Positions 35,601 through 47,955 of a DNA stretch of 64,000 nucleotides are shown one piece after another; positions within the stretch are counted from its first letter, which is position 1; each line of letters opens with the position of its first letter. This stretch comes from Dudresnaya verticillata (Eukaryota): contig OZ374558.1 of assembly GCA_977862235.1 (NCBI GenBank), positions 124,001 to 188,000 on the forward strand, in the 5' to 3' direction. The notes beneath the pieces are model-generated. The model was not told the DNA's origin. It was given only the letters and a program-made list of their open reading frames with translations, and ran no database searches. The position numbers and the translations under genes were made by a program.

Positions 35601-38600
35601 AACTCAGCCAGAAGAGGTTTATGTCCGAACCTGATTCCGAGCCATTTCCAAGCACAAATCTTGGCCTCAACTAGGCCAGCGGGGGTAACACTAATGTTGA
35701 TTGGCTTGTACTGATCACAGTCCCCCCTTTATGGTGTATTGATACACATTGTGGCACAACGGGGATTTCCGCCATACTGGCATTAAAAACAGTGATTCAC
35801 AACGTTCACCCCCCCTGTAAGTCGTGATACGTGCTGGGCCATGCCAGGATGAGGTGCTTGATTGGTGACCGACGCAGATCAATTTGCGCCTCCAGCGCGC
35901 GTCGAGCGCACGCTCATTGGTGCGGCGACGGGTATGATTCTCGATTATTCTTCTCCACAGAGGCCCGTATCCGCCACTCATTGCTTTCTGTAACTAGTGT
36001 ACAGTACACAGCAGTAGCTTTTTATTAGCACGGGCACAAACCCTATTTATTGGTCCCCTGAGTAGCAGGGCACCCCTGATTGAACCATACGGGCGTTTCT
36101 CAGTTTCAACCGTTTCCTGGTGTCGGACGCTTCCCGTACCCCTTTACGGACGACAACTACAGGTTAATCACTGTACGGCTGGTTCCCTGCGGACCACATA
36201 GTCACGTCCTCGATTTTCCCTTTTTTCATGGCCTAGTTCCATCCTTTTCAAGTCACTACTAGCGCCCCGACCTACCTCTGAGCATCCCGTATCCGGACAG
36301 GTGTCCTTTGCTGTTCTTTTATTCCTGACCTGGACCCGTTGTGCCACAGACATATATATGCATCGATCCTTGGTGTAGCAGTATATCGTATTAGATAGGA
36401 TCGATACCCAATATACGAAGCTGAAAAACATCAGTACTATGTTCAGATTAATTCCGGAGTACTGAAGTCTTATCTTTCCCTGCTCAGCAGTACAGGATCC
36501 AGTATCGCAGTTTATCAGAGTGATCACTACGCAACTCTCCTCATCAATCAATAGGACTGATTCCGCTCCGTCCGCACAGCATTCTGCGTTAGTCTCTACA
36601 GCTGTCGACTATCGACGACTTTTCAAGCATCAATAGGAGTCAGTACGTGTTTTCTACCTTTGCAAGAGCAGTATAGAAACGAGGTGACTGCCAGAGCTCT
36701 ACATTCTGCAGTCGGACATTTATCGCCGGCCGAGCGGGTGCGACTTGTTAATCTCATCCAGAGTATTTGGAGTCAGCTATTTCCCTCGAAATTATCCCGA
36801 TGCTGTCTCCAATGAAGATCTTAAAGATGACCAGCTGCGTCTCCTTTTGGACACTAAGGCGGAGCAAGCTAAGGATATCTTCACATTATCGACTCTTTAA
36901 TCTATTCTCTAGCGAGAGTTACGACTCTAAATGAGCGACAATATTGAAAAGTTGCGAATAAATTCCCTGTTTTTGCTTACCATTCCCTGCTCAGGAGTAA
37001 TGAGCTTCTTTGTTACTGGAGAATAATGAGAAAGTGGTAGTCCCACACATCTTTTACGCATCAAGCCCTCTTCTTCGCAGGCAAGATTGAATGAAGATCT
37101 CGAGTTTTCGCGTTATGATCTCCCGGGAAGATTTCAACTTTGGTGAAGCCGGCTATCAAGCTCTCAGAAGCATTCCAGTTGATTGACAAAATTGTCCTCA
37201 AAAGAATAATGATGGAATTCATCGAGTTTCTAACACCCAGCGACCCATCGGAGGTTCCGGAGGGGACAATGCCACACCCATACTGCCGCATCAGGCTGTA
37301 GTAGACTGGCTCCAAACCAATAAATTGGGAAACACAGAACGAAAGCTGTACTTAAGCTTAAATCTACTCTCAGTGGTTGGTAGCTCAAAAGGAGGTGGTA
37401 GAGACTTGGATGGGTTAAAAACGAAGCCAATAGGGACAGAGAAATGGAAAACGAACCCTGCTGCTCATCCTCTATGCAATTAATCATCCAATAGCGCATA
37501 ACCATATCACTCGTATACACAAGTGGGTACCACGCCTCACAGGGTTCATCAGTCCACAATTATCCTTACAGAGCTCAAGTTCTCAAAATACCATTTAGGC
37601 TCTACGAAATTAAAGAAGAATCGGCCGAAAAGTAAGGCCCACAGAGGATCCTCTTCGTGCCTTTTCCAGCCCTGCACAATCAAGAGCATACGCCATTTCC
37701 TGAAGGATTGCGCAGATTGTCCTCAGGAGGAGAAATGAGGTTCGAAAGGAGCAGATCGCACAAAAAACGGTCCGTGTAGAGCTACTAGAGCCGAGATATC
37801 TCAAGTCGGCGTCAGTCGAGATAAAATGGATGCTAAAAAGGATCACGGCATGGAAGGAACTACAACACGGATAAAAGGCATCCAAATCCTGCTTCTTCTC
37901 AGATTCGCGACTGTCCATGTGATACTTCCTTCACGAATTGTGGTGCAAACATGTAGACATGTGGTTGCTGTGATGATGGAAGTGATAGCAGTATTTTATC
38001 TCCTCGCCTCACAGAAGTTGCTGCAGCTGAAAGAGTTCGCAGAATTACGAATATTATCACGGTGAAACTTCAGGTGGCTTTTCAAAGATAGGATCAGATT
38101 GGAACGTTCTCTATTCTCGGGCTTGGTCTGTCCCTCGCACTTTACGCCACATATCCTCCCCGCAATTAGCACTTGTTCATGTATTCTTCTCGATCCCAGA
38201 TGACAAACTCGCCTGCGAACGTATTTTCATTCGACGTCCAGTACAGTACGATACAGTAACCTTGGCAGATTCAAGTAGAGAAAAGGGCTCTGCTAGAATC
38301 TAGCGGTGCCGTGCTCGATGTGGTCGACTGCTCTGCAGTTGGAAACCGCAGAGCACTACAAGGGGCGGTTTCTTCAGTCTTCTTTTTCAGTCTTATCCTG
38401 ATAGCTCGCATCAACGGAAGTACAGAGGACACATCTGGTGATGTTTCGGTGGCTTCAGTGTAAAATCGGCCTGTCGCAACTATTTTTCCGCTGAAAGAGA
38501 GAAATATCCGTGACCCCTCTCTATTCGGTGTGGTTAACGCTGGACAGCGGGAGTAGCTTGAATCCGCCGTGAAAAGTATGATAGAGAAGGCGAAGTCAAC

Positions 38601-39027
38601 GATCTTCCCTCTGCTTATTCCTCCTAATTGGAGCATTTTTTTAAACGCTACTTTGCAGTATTTCGCATTGACCTGTCATCAGGCACCCATGCTCGTTTTG
38701 GCCACCCAAGCTCGAATTAACGCACGCATGTGAGCCCAGAAAGCGCTGCTCATAATCGACTGACTACGGTTGGATTGCCGCTGGACCTTCAACAACGGCC
38801 TCTTTACACAAAAGGGACATATACTGGGTGGACCCAGAAAAAAACAAATCGCCACATCGCTACTTCTGATATCAATCCAGAAATTCAATGTTTTGCCAAA
38901 TCGCTAGAACGCCAAACCCGGGAATTGCCTTACTCACCAGCCGCCAATCCCCGGAATGCGGCGTGCCTTACTCACCAGCCCCGAACCCCCCCATCTGGAC
39001 AGGCAAACGCGCCACTGCCGCCGAGAC

Positions 39028-39927
39028 ATGGGCAACGACAATCCCGCCGGCATCGGCGCGGATCCCATTCCACAGCAGGCCCCTTCGGGCGCTGAGATCC
39101 TTGATCTCGTCGAAGCCCCTACCGCCGCTACAAATCCATCGCGTGGCGCCATCCCTCGAGCCGTGCAGCCAAGAGCAAAAACGCGCACACAGGGCGGGAG
39201 AGCAGGGGCTCCAAACTACTCATCTGACGATGTCACGGCAATGCTTGACATTATCGCAGAAATGGAGCCTCTCGGCTCTAACCACTGATCTGCCGTTGGC
39301 AAGAAGTTCGATGAGTGGGCTGTGGATAATTCGAGACCAAGCCGAGACAAAGACTCTCTTAAAAAAAAATCGACAAGCTCGCCAACAGCAAGAAGAAGAC
39401 CGGTAATCCGTCCTGTTCACCCCTCGTGCGCCGAGCTAAACACATTGCTAGAAACATTCAAAGCAATTGTGCGGCGCGTCCTCGGAAGTGATGAAGAAGC
39501 GTAAATTGGAATTGGATCTGATGCAAATAGCTTGAACGGAGGCGGACGATGGGAAACGGAAGAAGAGGATAGCGACGTTGGTGTACACGCCAACAAGCGC
39601 GCAGCGGGTTCAACAGGCGTTGCAACACCGTCGAAGCTCTCCAAGTTCGATACGGAGATCCTGCAGCACGTCGGAAGCCTTACCGAACATGTTGGAGCTA
39701 TCTCCAAGTCGTTTTCCAGATCGTGGAATGACGAAGAGATGCATTCAGACGCCACTTCAATTCGCAAGGTGGTTCAAGAAGAAGTATCGCAAGTAAGAGA
39801 GGAGGTAAGAGACATTCGACGCGACGTGCAGCAGGCCTTGCAACCTACACAGCAACTCACCGAAATGATGCTGCAAATGAAGGGCATCATCGATGGGCTA
39901 AATGGTACGAACCAAAAAAATGGTTGA
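39028..39927 (+). pseudogene. Harbinger second ORF (Myb/SANT-like DNA-binding protein), disrupted
   Basis: GGRAGAPNYSSDDVTAMLDIIAEMEPLGSNH*SAVGKKFDEW...RDKDSLKKK, with an in-frame TGA at 39286-39288 and a frameshift in the A-run at ~39361. Coiled-coil-like C-terminus at 39532-39927. Confidence 0.8.
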
Positions 39928-40106
39928 CACGCAGAAGCAACAGGCGCGAAATTTCGGAGGCCCTCCGCCGAGAAGCGGGGATCTGGGGGCGGAGCCCCCA
40001 GCCGCTGACGCACAGCGTCAGCGGTGGTGTTCTGGTGTGCTCACGCGCTTCCGTGATGTGCGTAATGGGTGCTAAGATGCGTAGCAGTTCAAATAATGCA
40101 AGATGT

Positions 40107-41321
40107 TTACATGTTCGTTTGCGGACGTCCATATGTGCTTCGTATCTGGTTAAGGCCAACAAAACGAGTACGAAAGTTAAACAAATGGCAGCATACGGTA
40201 AGAAGTCTTAGCCGTTTGTTTGCGTCAGCTGGTAAAGGCACTTTTAGGCGCGCAAATGGCCCTTTAATCGCTCTGATACCCCATTCTGCGCTTTGGCGCT
40301 CACTGGGCATGGCGTGTTGAAGCACAATGTCCACAGCAGCTAAATAGGAAGACTCAGGTATGTCAGAAGTTTCGTTCGTCTTTCTTCCACGTAGGACTTT
40401 TCCATTCGTGGCGTTACTATTGTTGACGAAAGCGCTATCCCCTAGTATCGCCATGCCGGGAGGGGTCATCTCATCACTGAGTTTCGGGTAGTACAGGCCT
40501 GATGCCATTGCCAGTTTGTTATCGTGCCAACTTCCCGGGAAGTTGACCGCCGCGTGTATCAGTTCCCCAAAGAAATTGAAGACGAAAAGGTTAGTTACTT
40601 CCACTGATTGCGTGTATCCTTCGTAGTAGGCATTCTGCATGTTTACATCCGTGTAATCGGCACAGGGCATACGTCCACCGTCCGTAACCGCAAATACTCC
40701 TTTAAGAAGCGGTCTGTTCCTCCTATTTCTTTCTAAAAGTGACGCCGAGGCCTTCATTCCTTCCAGACTTGGCCACTTGATCTCAAAGTCCGTATGATCT
40801 TTCCGTCTAACAACCCTGCAAAGAACCTCGAGACTGTAATCCAACCACACTCCAACGCTCGTAGACACAATTCCGAAGATGGGTGATAGGCTGTAGATTG
40901 TATTACGCGTTTTTAAGTACCAAAGTGACATACCCAACAAGTCAAGAGTGTTGAGAAGCGGCCTTCGACCTTGTTTCTTGATACCACGTCGATACGGGCT
41001 GCCAAAGTTGCACGCTGCGCGCTCACTTTCGAATAAGGGGAGAAGTTTTGCTGTAATCAGCTCCTTTGTGAAGTTTGTAGAAACGAGGAAATCATCCTCA
41101 ACACCGCAGCTTAGAATCTGTTTCCATGGTGTGGCTTGGTCTGAGCGCACTGGGCGGACAAGCGCTGCCCGTCGGTATTTCGCTGGACGTCTTGAGCGCC
41201 TGTCCGTCCTGCCACGCCTGCGCCGTCGCGACATTACCAACGCTGTTAGTGCAGCTGTTAGAGCCGCGACAGCGGATGCTAAGACTGCAGCTTGGGCACG
41301 TCGTCGCCGTGCTGCGGACAT
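40107..41321 (-). CDS. Harbinger (DDE_Tnp_4-like) transposase, intact 404-aa ORF
   Basis: AVTDGG, NFPGSWHD, ILGDSAF, RQSAEWGIRAIKGPF, CCHLFNFR. Confidence 0.92.
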   Translation of the reverse strand: MSAARRRRAQAAVLASAVAALTAALTALVMSRRRRRGRTDRRSRRPAKYRRAALVRPVRSDQATPWKQILSCGVEDDFLVSTNFTKELITAKLLPLFESERAACNFGSPYRRGIKKQGRRPLLNTLDLLGMSLWYLKTRNTIYSLSPIFGIVSTSVGVWLDYSLEVLCRVVRRKDHTDFEIKWPSLEGMKASASLLERNRRNRPLLKGVFAVTDGGRMPCADYTDVNMQNAYYEGYTQSVEVTNLFVFNFFGELIHAAVNFPGSWHDNKLAMASGLYYPKLSDEMTPPGMAILGDSAFVNNSNATNGKVLRGRKTNETSDIPESSYLAAVDIVLQHAMPSERQSAEWGIRAIKGPFARLKVPLPADANKRLRLLTVCCHLFNFRTRFVGLNQIRSTYGRPQTNM

Positions 41322-41589
41322 GGTGATGCTCCCTCCCGTGTGGTGTTCTGGTGTTCTGGCCTTATTTCTGCTGGTATGTGCCGCATGTAATCACAGTGCG
41401 ACTTATTTCTGCATCTGGCGATCTGGAAGGACCCCAGGGCTGCCCGCCACTTTTAAAGTGCACTGATTGGCTAAAATGTGGCGATTTGGCGATTTGTTTT
41501 TTTCTGGGTCCACCCACTGGTTCAAATGTTTTCCATCCCAGGCGGCTAATCTAGCTGCGTGGCGATAGCATAGTTCCGAGCTGGGGATA

Positions 41590-42910
41590 CAAGTTCTCCT
41601 CTAGCCACTTAGCGCTTTTCTTGGCATTGGGAACCTTGAAAAGACTGTAATGCTACCCTCCGAGTGATGGTCGCAACAAACACATCAACGAGTCCGACGT
41701 GGGAGGGTAGCCACGGTAACGCATGGGAGCCAGTCGGCGCCTGGTGTGGTAGAGCGAGGGGAAGGCCCCAGTATGCGGACTGTAAACACACATAGAAGCC
41801 CGTTTGAACACGGAGTGTGCTCGAAGGCGAGAGCGCCGGAACAATGCAGGAGTGTGAACACAAATGGGAAAGGGTTGTCATCACCGCCGGCGTACGTAGC
41901 CCAGCTCCGCGATGGGGTCACTTGCCAGGCGCCTAGAGGAATGGGGTACCCCAAGTTCGGAGACGAAGATTGGCTGGGTTTACTGTCGGAGTTCGGTCCT
42001 AGCCCGTTACGTCCCGCAGCCGGCGCCGCCGCCGCGGTGATGGCGACTAGCAAGTTAAATAACACTGGAATACAATAAAGTAACACTTCAGTAGCACAGT
42101 GTACCTACTGTACACCGACACCAGCACGCTGTAAGACATGTAATGACGCGTGCGTGCTTGTGCCCGTTTCACGCGTGTTGCGCGTGTTGTGGGTGCGCTT
42201 GTGTGGCGGTGGCGGTAAGGCGGCGAGTGCGGCCCTGTAAAGGCGGCGCGGGTGATGGCCCCCAAGTGCGGGCGCGGGCCCGCTATGGTGGTTGACCATT
42301 GCCCAATGGGTGAGGCCAGCTTCGCGATTCGCGTCGCGGACGGACGTGATTTCACGCGCAAAAATGGGGTTATCAATCCCCAGTACGGGGAGCCCCAGCG
42401 TTGCACCACAAAAACCATAGCCTACTCCCTCCAACCGCTCGAAAGTAACATGCGCGTACTGTAGCAGACGAGCTTTCCGATCCGACATAGCCATCGGCAT
42501 CCAGACACCTTTCAGAGCTTGTTCGGTTACCCTTGAGTCTGTCTTGTCGTCAGCTTTTTTGACACGATACATGTGACGTAGGCTTCCATCTGATCAGACT
42601 TTATGTACGCAAACGCCATAACTTCAACCAAATAATCCAGTTCTCCAAATCCAACCAGAGTTTTCATCAAGCTGCGGTCCACCGATACCTTGAATGACGC
42701 AGCAGACATTGAAGGCACCTCCATCTGTTTCTCGAGTACGTTGTCGACATGCTGCTCTTTCTCCCGAATAAAGATTACAACTCTTTGCGGGTCGACTCTC
42801 CTCACTAGGGGATGTTGCATCGGAGCAAAGGGTGCGCTCTATCCAGGATCATTTGAGGGACCATCAGCTTCACGGTCGGTAAACGCCCTGCGTATTGACA
42901 AGCTATATGA
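41590..42910 (-). pseudogene. Gypsy gag remnant split by a solo LTR
   Basis: QHPLVRRVDPQRVVIFIREKE...; ARLLQYAHVTFERLEGVGYG is cut at 42411. Confidence 0.6.
41646..42410 (-). mobile_element. Solo LTR, 765 bp (family B)
   Basis: Termini TGTAATGC...TTGCACCACA. TSD AAGAC/AAAAC (1 mismatch). Homologous to 57063-57851. Confidence 0.85.
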
Positions 42911-43203
42911 GTAACACACGGTAATTCACCTTTTACAGCGTATCAAGATGTCTTGTATAGACTTCTGAATTAGTATGTAAATTCGGATTGTTTTGATTTC
43001 GAAACAGGGGATCATGAAGCCACTTGTACGTATGCTTCTGAGCCACGTTATAGGCCTGGATTCTGATGTAGTTGACAATTGGTAGGCCCATTCGGGCATC
43101 TACTGTGAGGCGGACCAAAATCCAAAATGGATTGGTGCACCCACAATAGGTTGGCACACAACACTACATTACCGTCAAACAACAGCCCGCGGCAACATAA
43201 CAG

Positions 43204-43793
43204 GGCCCAGTCACTGATTTATCGGGCCCAAGCTACCCAGTGGAGGACAGCGGTAGACTAGTTCGAGTAGACAAACGGCCTTTTTAGTACTAATTAAGCA
43301 CCGTTGTGAGTAGCAGCTGTGACTAGTACTAGATTTAGGCTACTTCAGCTGCATTACAAGTTACACGTTTAGTGCCTCCAAGACCTGCTTAAAGCCGCTT
43401 TGAAGCTGACTAGCGGCGCGGGCCTGGCATCACGGACAGCACCAAACCTCTGAGTAAAACCAGGAAGCATCGCCGCCGCCGCCACAACCGTTTCGCCAAC
43501 CGCTTCAACGCGACATGCTCCGGCCCTGTCGTGCGCCCACCCCCCGCGCATCATACCGTGTGGACCGGGCCGGTTATCATACCAAGACCCCGACCGGTCC
43601 GATATTGCGGCCATGCAGTACCACTTCAAACAGACCGACCCCCCGTCTCGACCCGCAATCGCGATTAAACGGCCGAACGGTACCGCCGTCGGAAACAATT
43701 AAAATATTTTCTGTTAGATTTGTACAGTCTCTAGGAAGGAACGGCCCTGTCTTCCATCGCTCCTAGAGGCGTCGAATTACGCCCGACTGGGCC
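43204..43793. mobile_element. Putative MITE, 590 bp
   Basis: 9-bp TIR GGCCCAGTC/GACTGGGCC flanked by direct TAACAG (43198-43203, 43794-43799). No credible coding capacity. Confidence 0.6.
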
Positions 43794-43799
43794 TAACAG

Positions 43800-46300
43800 T
43801 AGTTTCTGTAACAGTACGTACTGAAGTACTGCATTGTCACTGGAAGAAACGGGCTAGATTTATCAGAACATCTAAACTTTTCAAACGCAAACGACCTGGA
43901 GGTCACCCATGCTTGCATACAGCGCGAACGTGAGGCCCTGAGACGCCGCCGAACTGAGCAACCATCTAATGTGGCCGCCTTTGATTCTTCTAGCAAATCT
44001 GTCGCCACGCACCCCTCATCGAATTAGAGGTTGAAGGATAAGATATTTCTGAGAGTGCAAGCAGTTTATTCTTTGCTCCCATATCGCCGCATCAGCCAGA
44101 CCGCCGCCTGCGAAGCTCGCCACGCCCATTGGGCCACATTAGGCTGCCAGTAACATGCGCACAACGGAATTATTCTATTATAGCACATCAGGAGGGAGTA
44201 TCGTGTACGCCACTGTTGCACATACCACTGTCAGCCTTGGAACTTGGCATTCTCTACAATTAAGCATTGTAGTATAGACGTCGGGTTGATCCGACGTCTA
44301 ATACTCGCTGGTCCGAAGCCGCCACACAGACCCGTCGATGGGTAGCTATTGTGTGTGGTAGAGCGGTGTCGGCCGCGTGCGCCCCGCAGGTGCGGATCGA
44401 CGGCGTCGATGCCGGAGCGCGCACGGGGCGTACCGTACGCGGGTAGGCAACGGCCGGATCCCAGCGTCCATGTCGAAGGGCGGCACGAAGCCGACGGAAA
44501 GGAAAAGGAAAGGGGAAAAGCCTAGCGAGGCAAGAGGAAAGAGGGAAACCGCCCGCTGGCGTAAGGCAAAGGGATCGAACCCGAAGAGGCTGGGGTAAGC
44601 TTCAGCGCGAGCTGTTGCTTGCCCGGTTTACTGAGCCGTCGATGCCCGACGGCCTTAAATACCCTACACTATGTACAATACGACTACTCTACAGTAGGTG
44701 CGCCCCACAACACCAACGCGGGAGGTGTGCGAGCGCGCGTCCATACACGTGTCGACACGTCCGGGTAACGGCTATCCGTGGGCGCGCGCGGGGCGTAACG
44801 GGCAGCGGCCCTCTCAACGGCTCGATGCCGGAGAGCGTGACTGGGGCGCGCCGTGTGCGGCACGGCGCGCGGCCGCTGCCGGCAGCAATGTGGTCGACCG
44901 CTACTAAATCAACGAAAAAACTAAGGGCACGCTGGCCAACCACGACTCGCCAGCGTCATCGTGTGCACCATTATAGTGCAGGGCTGCCAGCATACCTTAC
45001 AGCCGCTGCTGATAGTGTGCTGACAGCTATACTACACGCATCACGCCCAGCAGCTTGTTGGAGACCCGCATCGCCGCGCATTACAACGCCGCGCATAACG
45101 GCTACAGAACCCGCGCCGCGATGTGTGCAAGGTCACTTTTGCCTCTCGCCATGGCATCCAGGGGCACTTACAGGGCGCTTTTCACCGCTAAGCCTGCGAT
45201 CGGACTGAATCTCCTGAAAGATCAAACCAGACGTGGCATGAAAACAAATTTCTTTACGAGTTTCTGGCGGACATAAGGTGATCAAGTGGGACCATCGAAC
45301 GCCCGCGAGGTTTCCAAGCCCGTAGTCTGCTATGGACTCGTTTCGGCTCTATTCTCGCCTTTTGTCTCTACATTAATCTAGAACTTGTTTGAAGAAATCC
45401 TGCAGCTAAGTACGGCATGCACACATGCGGGTGGGATCAGAGACCATGAACATTTCGATCTCCAATCCCCCAAAGTCCCTGTTGTTGAAATAAGCTTTCG
45501 TTGCAAGCGCAATGGGTGGGAGTGTGGGAAGGGAAAAGCCCTGCCCTTCTAGACGGAACGAGGGTGGCAGACCCAGTATTTAACCCCAAGATCCATGACT
45601 GGAGTCGCGAGCAACGTTCCCTCGTCCAGGGCGGCGTGCAGTCGACGGCTGATCGTCGACGCAGATGCTAGCTTGAAGTACAGCCTCGACGACAGCACAG
45701 GAGTGCCGCTGACTGATCCGCAGCTTACAACCGAAACTGGTTTCACGGGTGATACAGAACCGCAAATATGAAAACAATAGACCGCCTGTTGAGGAGGTGG
45801 AATGTTAAAAGAAGATGGCGCTGTGTGAACAGAACAACTTACTTGCCGCGATGTCTCCTCTCCCACTTCACGCAATGAAAACGGCTCTTGCGCAGCAGGG
45901 CGGAAACTTCAGAGAAGAATAACAAACCCGTAAGTACAAACACGCAGAGTTTCGAGCGCCGGATTACCGGTAAGCTTCGTTTCGAGCCCGCGCCACACCC
46001 GAGGATGGCAACGCCCCTGCATTACTCTTGGTTCAATTCGCCCCCTTTGGTCGCGTACGCAATCGCGCCAAGATTAGTACGAAAATATCGATTCTCTGGA
46101 GAACAAGGCCCGCTGCATTCGTAGCCACGCTCCAAATGTCGACTGAGTGCCGTGTTCGTCTCCCTGACCCTTCGTTACAGGCCTGTAAATATCAGTACAC
46201 TCCGTTTTTGACCTTTACAGTATCTTTCCATTATCTGGTGCTATATTAAAGTATTCCGGAAATGTATTCAGCAATGTTGCTCCTCTTATCCCCACCGGTT
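43800..46300 (-). pseudogene. Possible very degenerate MULE transposase remnant
   Basis: SWIM-like LNCRECQ...VVC next to 44267 and Zn-knuckle-like traces near 44070. Weak. Confidence 0.25.
44268..45036. mobile_element. Solo LTR, 769 bp (family C)
   Basis: Perfect 10-bp inverted termini TGTAGTATAG...CTATACTACA. TSD AGCAT/CGCAT (1 mismatch). Confidence 0.85.
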
Positions 46301-46689
46301 CCCGCGTACTGTTATCTCTGCCCTGTCCATTCATCTCGCTCGGGCGCTCTTCTGAGCTGCATCCAACGCGAAAGACCTTAAGCGTGCGAGGACGGTGGGA
46401 CTCCTACGAAGCCTTAAACAGCAGTAGCTAGTTTAGGAAAAAGGGGTTAGTACTTTACAATCCTGAAACCCCAAAAAGAAGAATAGAAAAGAGAATGAGA
46501 TATAAAAAGAACCGGAAGAACACACAGAAAAGGTGTTGAGAAAAGGGGATTAAGAAAAAGAGATTATGAAAAGGGGTTTAAAAACAGTAGTATATTCAGA
46601 TAGGATACCATGGTTACTTTGGCGTCTGTAAGAGGGACACAAAAATGTTAATTTCCCAACACCCCATTAAAACAGGATACTAACTTGTT

Positions 46690-47955
46690 ACAGCCGGGGA
46701 AGCCAATGTCTCCACTACCTTGGACTGTAACAGTGCCTACTGGTAATTATTAATCAATTCGGCTATAAACGTATGCCTTTCGGCCTGAACAATGCGCTGG
46801 AGATGTTCCAACGGGCCCTGGATATCTTACTCACTGGTTACAAATGGTGGTCGTGTCTCGTCTATTTGGATGACGTTATCTTAGTCTCGAAGGATATCGA
46901 TCCCCACTTCCATATATGGACGAGATTGTCTCGACCCTTCAACACGCCGGCGTGACCCTCAAGTTGACGAAGTGCGACTTTTCTCACCGACTGTCAACTA
47001 CCTAGTGCATGTAATACTTCCAGGACGGTTGGAAGAAGATAGTACAGTGACCATTTCCCTACGTGAGCCGAAGCATCCACGAGACCAGAAGGAGCTCCGA
47101 AGCTTTCTAGGGCTATGTAACGTCTATTCACGTTTTGTTTCGCGTTACGCGCATGTTGCCGTCCGGCTCAATACGTTGTTCTGGAAAGATCAGGAGTTCC
47201 GGTTGCCACTGTTTGACAAGGTTGAAGCATCGACATTCAAATCTCTGATCGAAGCAGTGACCAGTCCGCCGGTTCTGACTTTACCCCAACCGTGTTTGGC
47301 ATATTCCGTCGATTGTGAAGCGAATGACTACCAGGTTGGGTACACCCTCTTTCAGACCCAACCTGATGGAGAGCGCAAACCGCTCGGCTTCTGGTCATGC
47401 TCGCTAACCGCCCCGGAGCTCAATTATTCCGTCTCGGAAAAGGAATGTCTTACGGTGGTTTGGTCCATTACTACCCTGCGGTCATACCTCCTAGGTGGTT
47501 GCTGGAAATTAATGACCCCTCAGGACGGTTAATGCGCTGGAGATTCGGACTGTCGGAATTAGAATTCCTCTTTCAATACAAGAAGGGGTACCTGAACACT
47601 CAGGACGCCCTTTCACGTCTATCGACGATTGGAGGCATGGTCGAACCGATTGATGATGATATACCGTGTTATCAGGGTGAAACTGTCGAGGACTGCAGGA
47701 TCCGCCATCCCTCGAAGTGACAGGTAAGGGTTAAGAAGTAGATTTCGCGGAACGGGAGTTCGACGGATTTGATGAGATGTTGCTCGCGAACGCAGATGAT
47801 GACGCAGAACCGCTCCTACGTCCGTTCACATACGAGGAACGGACGTATGAAAAACACGGAGACGCGTATTGCTCGGGAGTACGTAAGCACATAGACAACG
47901 GCGAAACAATACCGTTTGCAACGGATGAACAATAGTTACTAGTCAGGACGGTAGA
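46690..47955 (+). mobile_element. Ty3/Gypsy RT-RNaseH remnant
   Basis: TLDCNSAYW, MPFGLNNA, LVYLDDVI, LRSFLGLCN, NYSVSEKECL, GRLMRW. Confidence 0.9.

Larger units (their letters stand above)
38826..41515. mobile_element. PIF/Harbinger DNA transposon, 2690 bp
   Basis: Perfect 29-bp TIR GGGTGGACCCAGAAAAAAACAAATCGCCA, 3-bp TSD ACT (38823-38825, 41516-41518), and two convergent ORFs. Confidence 0.95.
36560..41545 (+). mobile_element. Degenerate Gypsy gag-pol remnant interrupted by the Harbinger
   Basis: gag-like IKPSSSQARLNEDLEFS region (~37060). RT start near 38500-38825 resumes briefly after 41518. Heavily frameshifted. Confidence 0.55.

Noticed and set aside
35750..36198. TGTGG...CCACA segment as an LTR
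   Set aside because: No TSD, no clear PBS and no second copy in the window, so it is unsupported.
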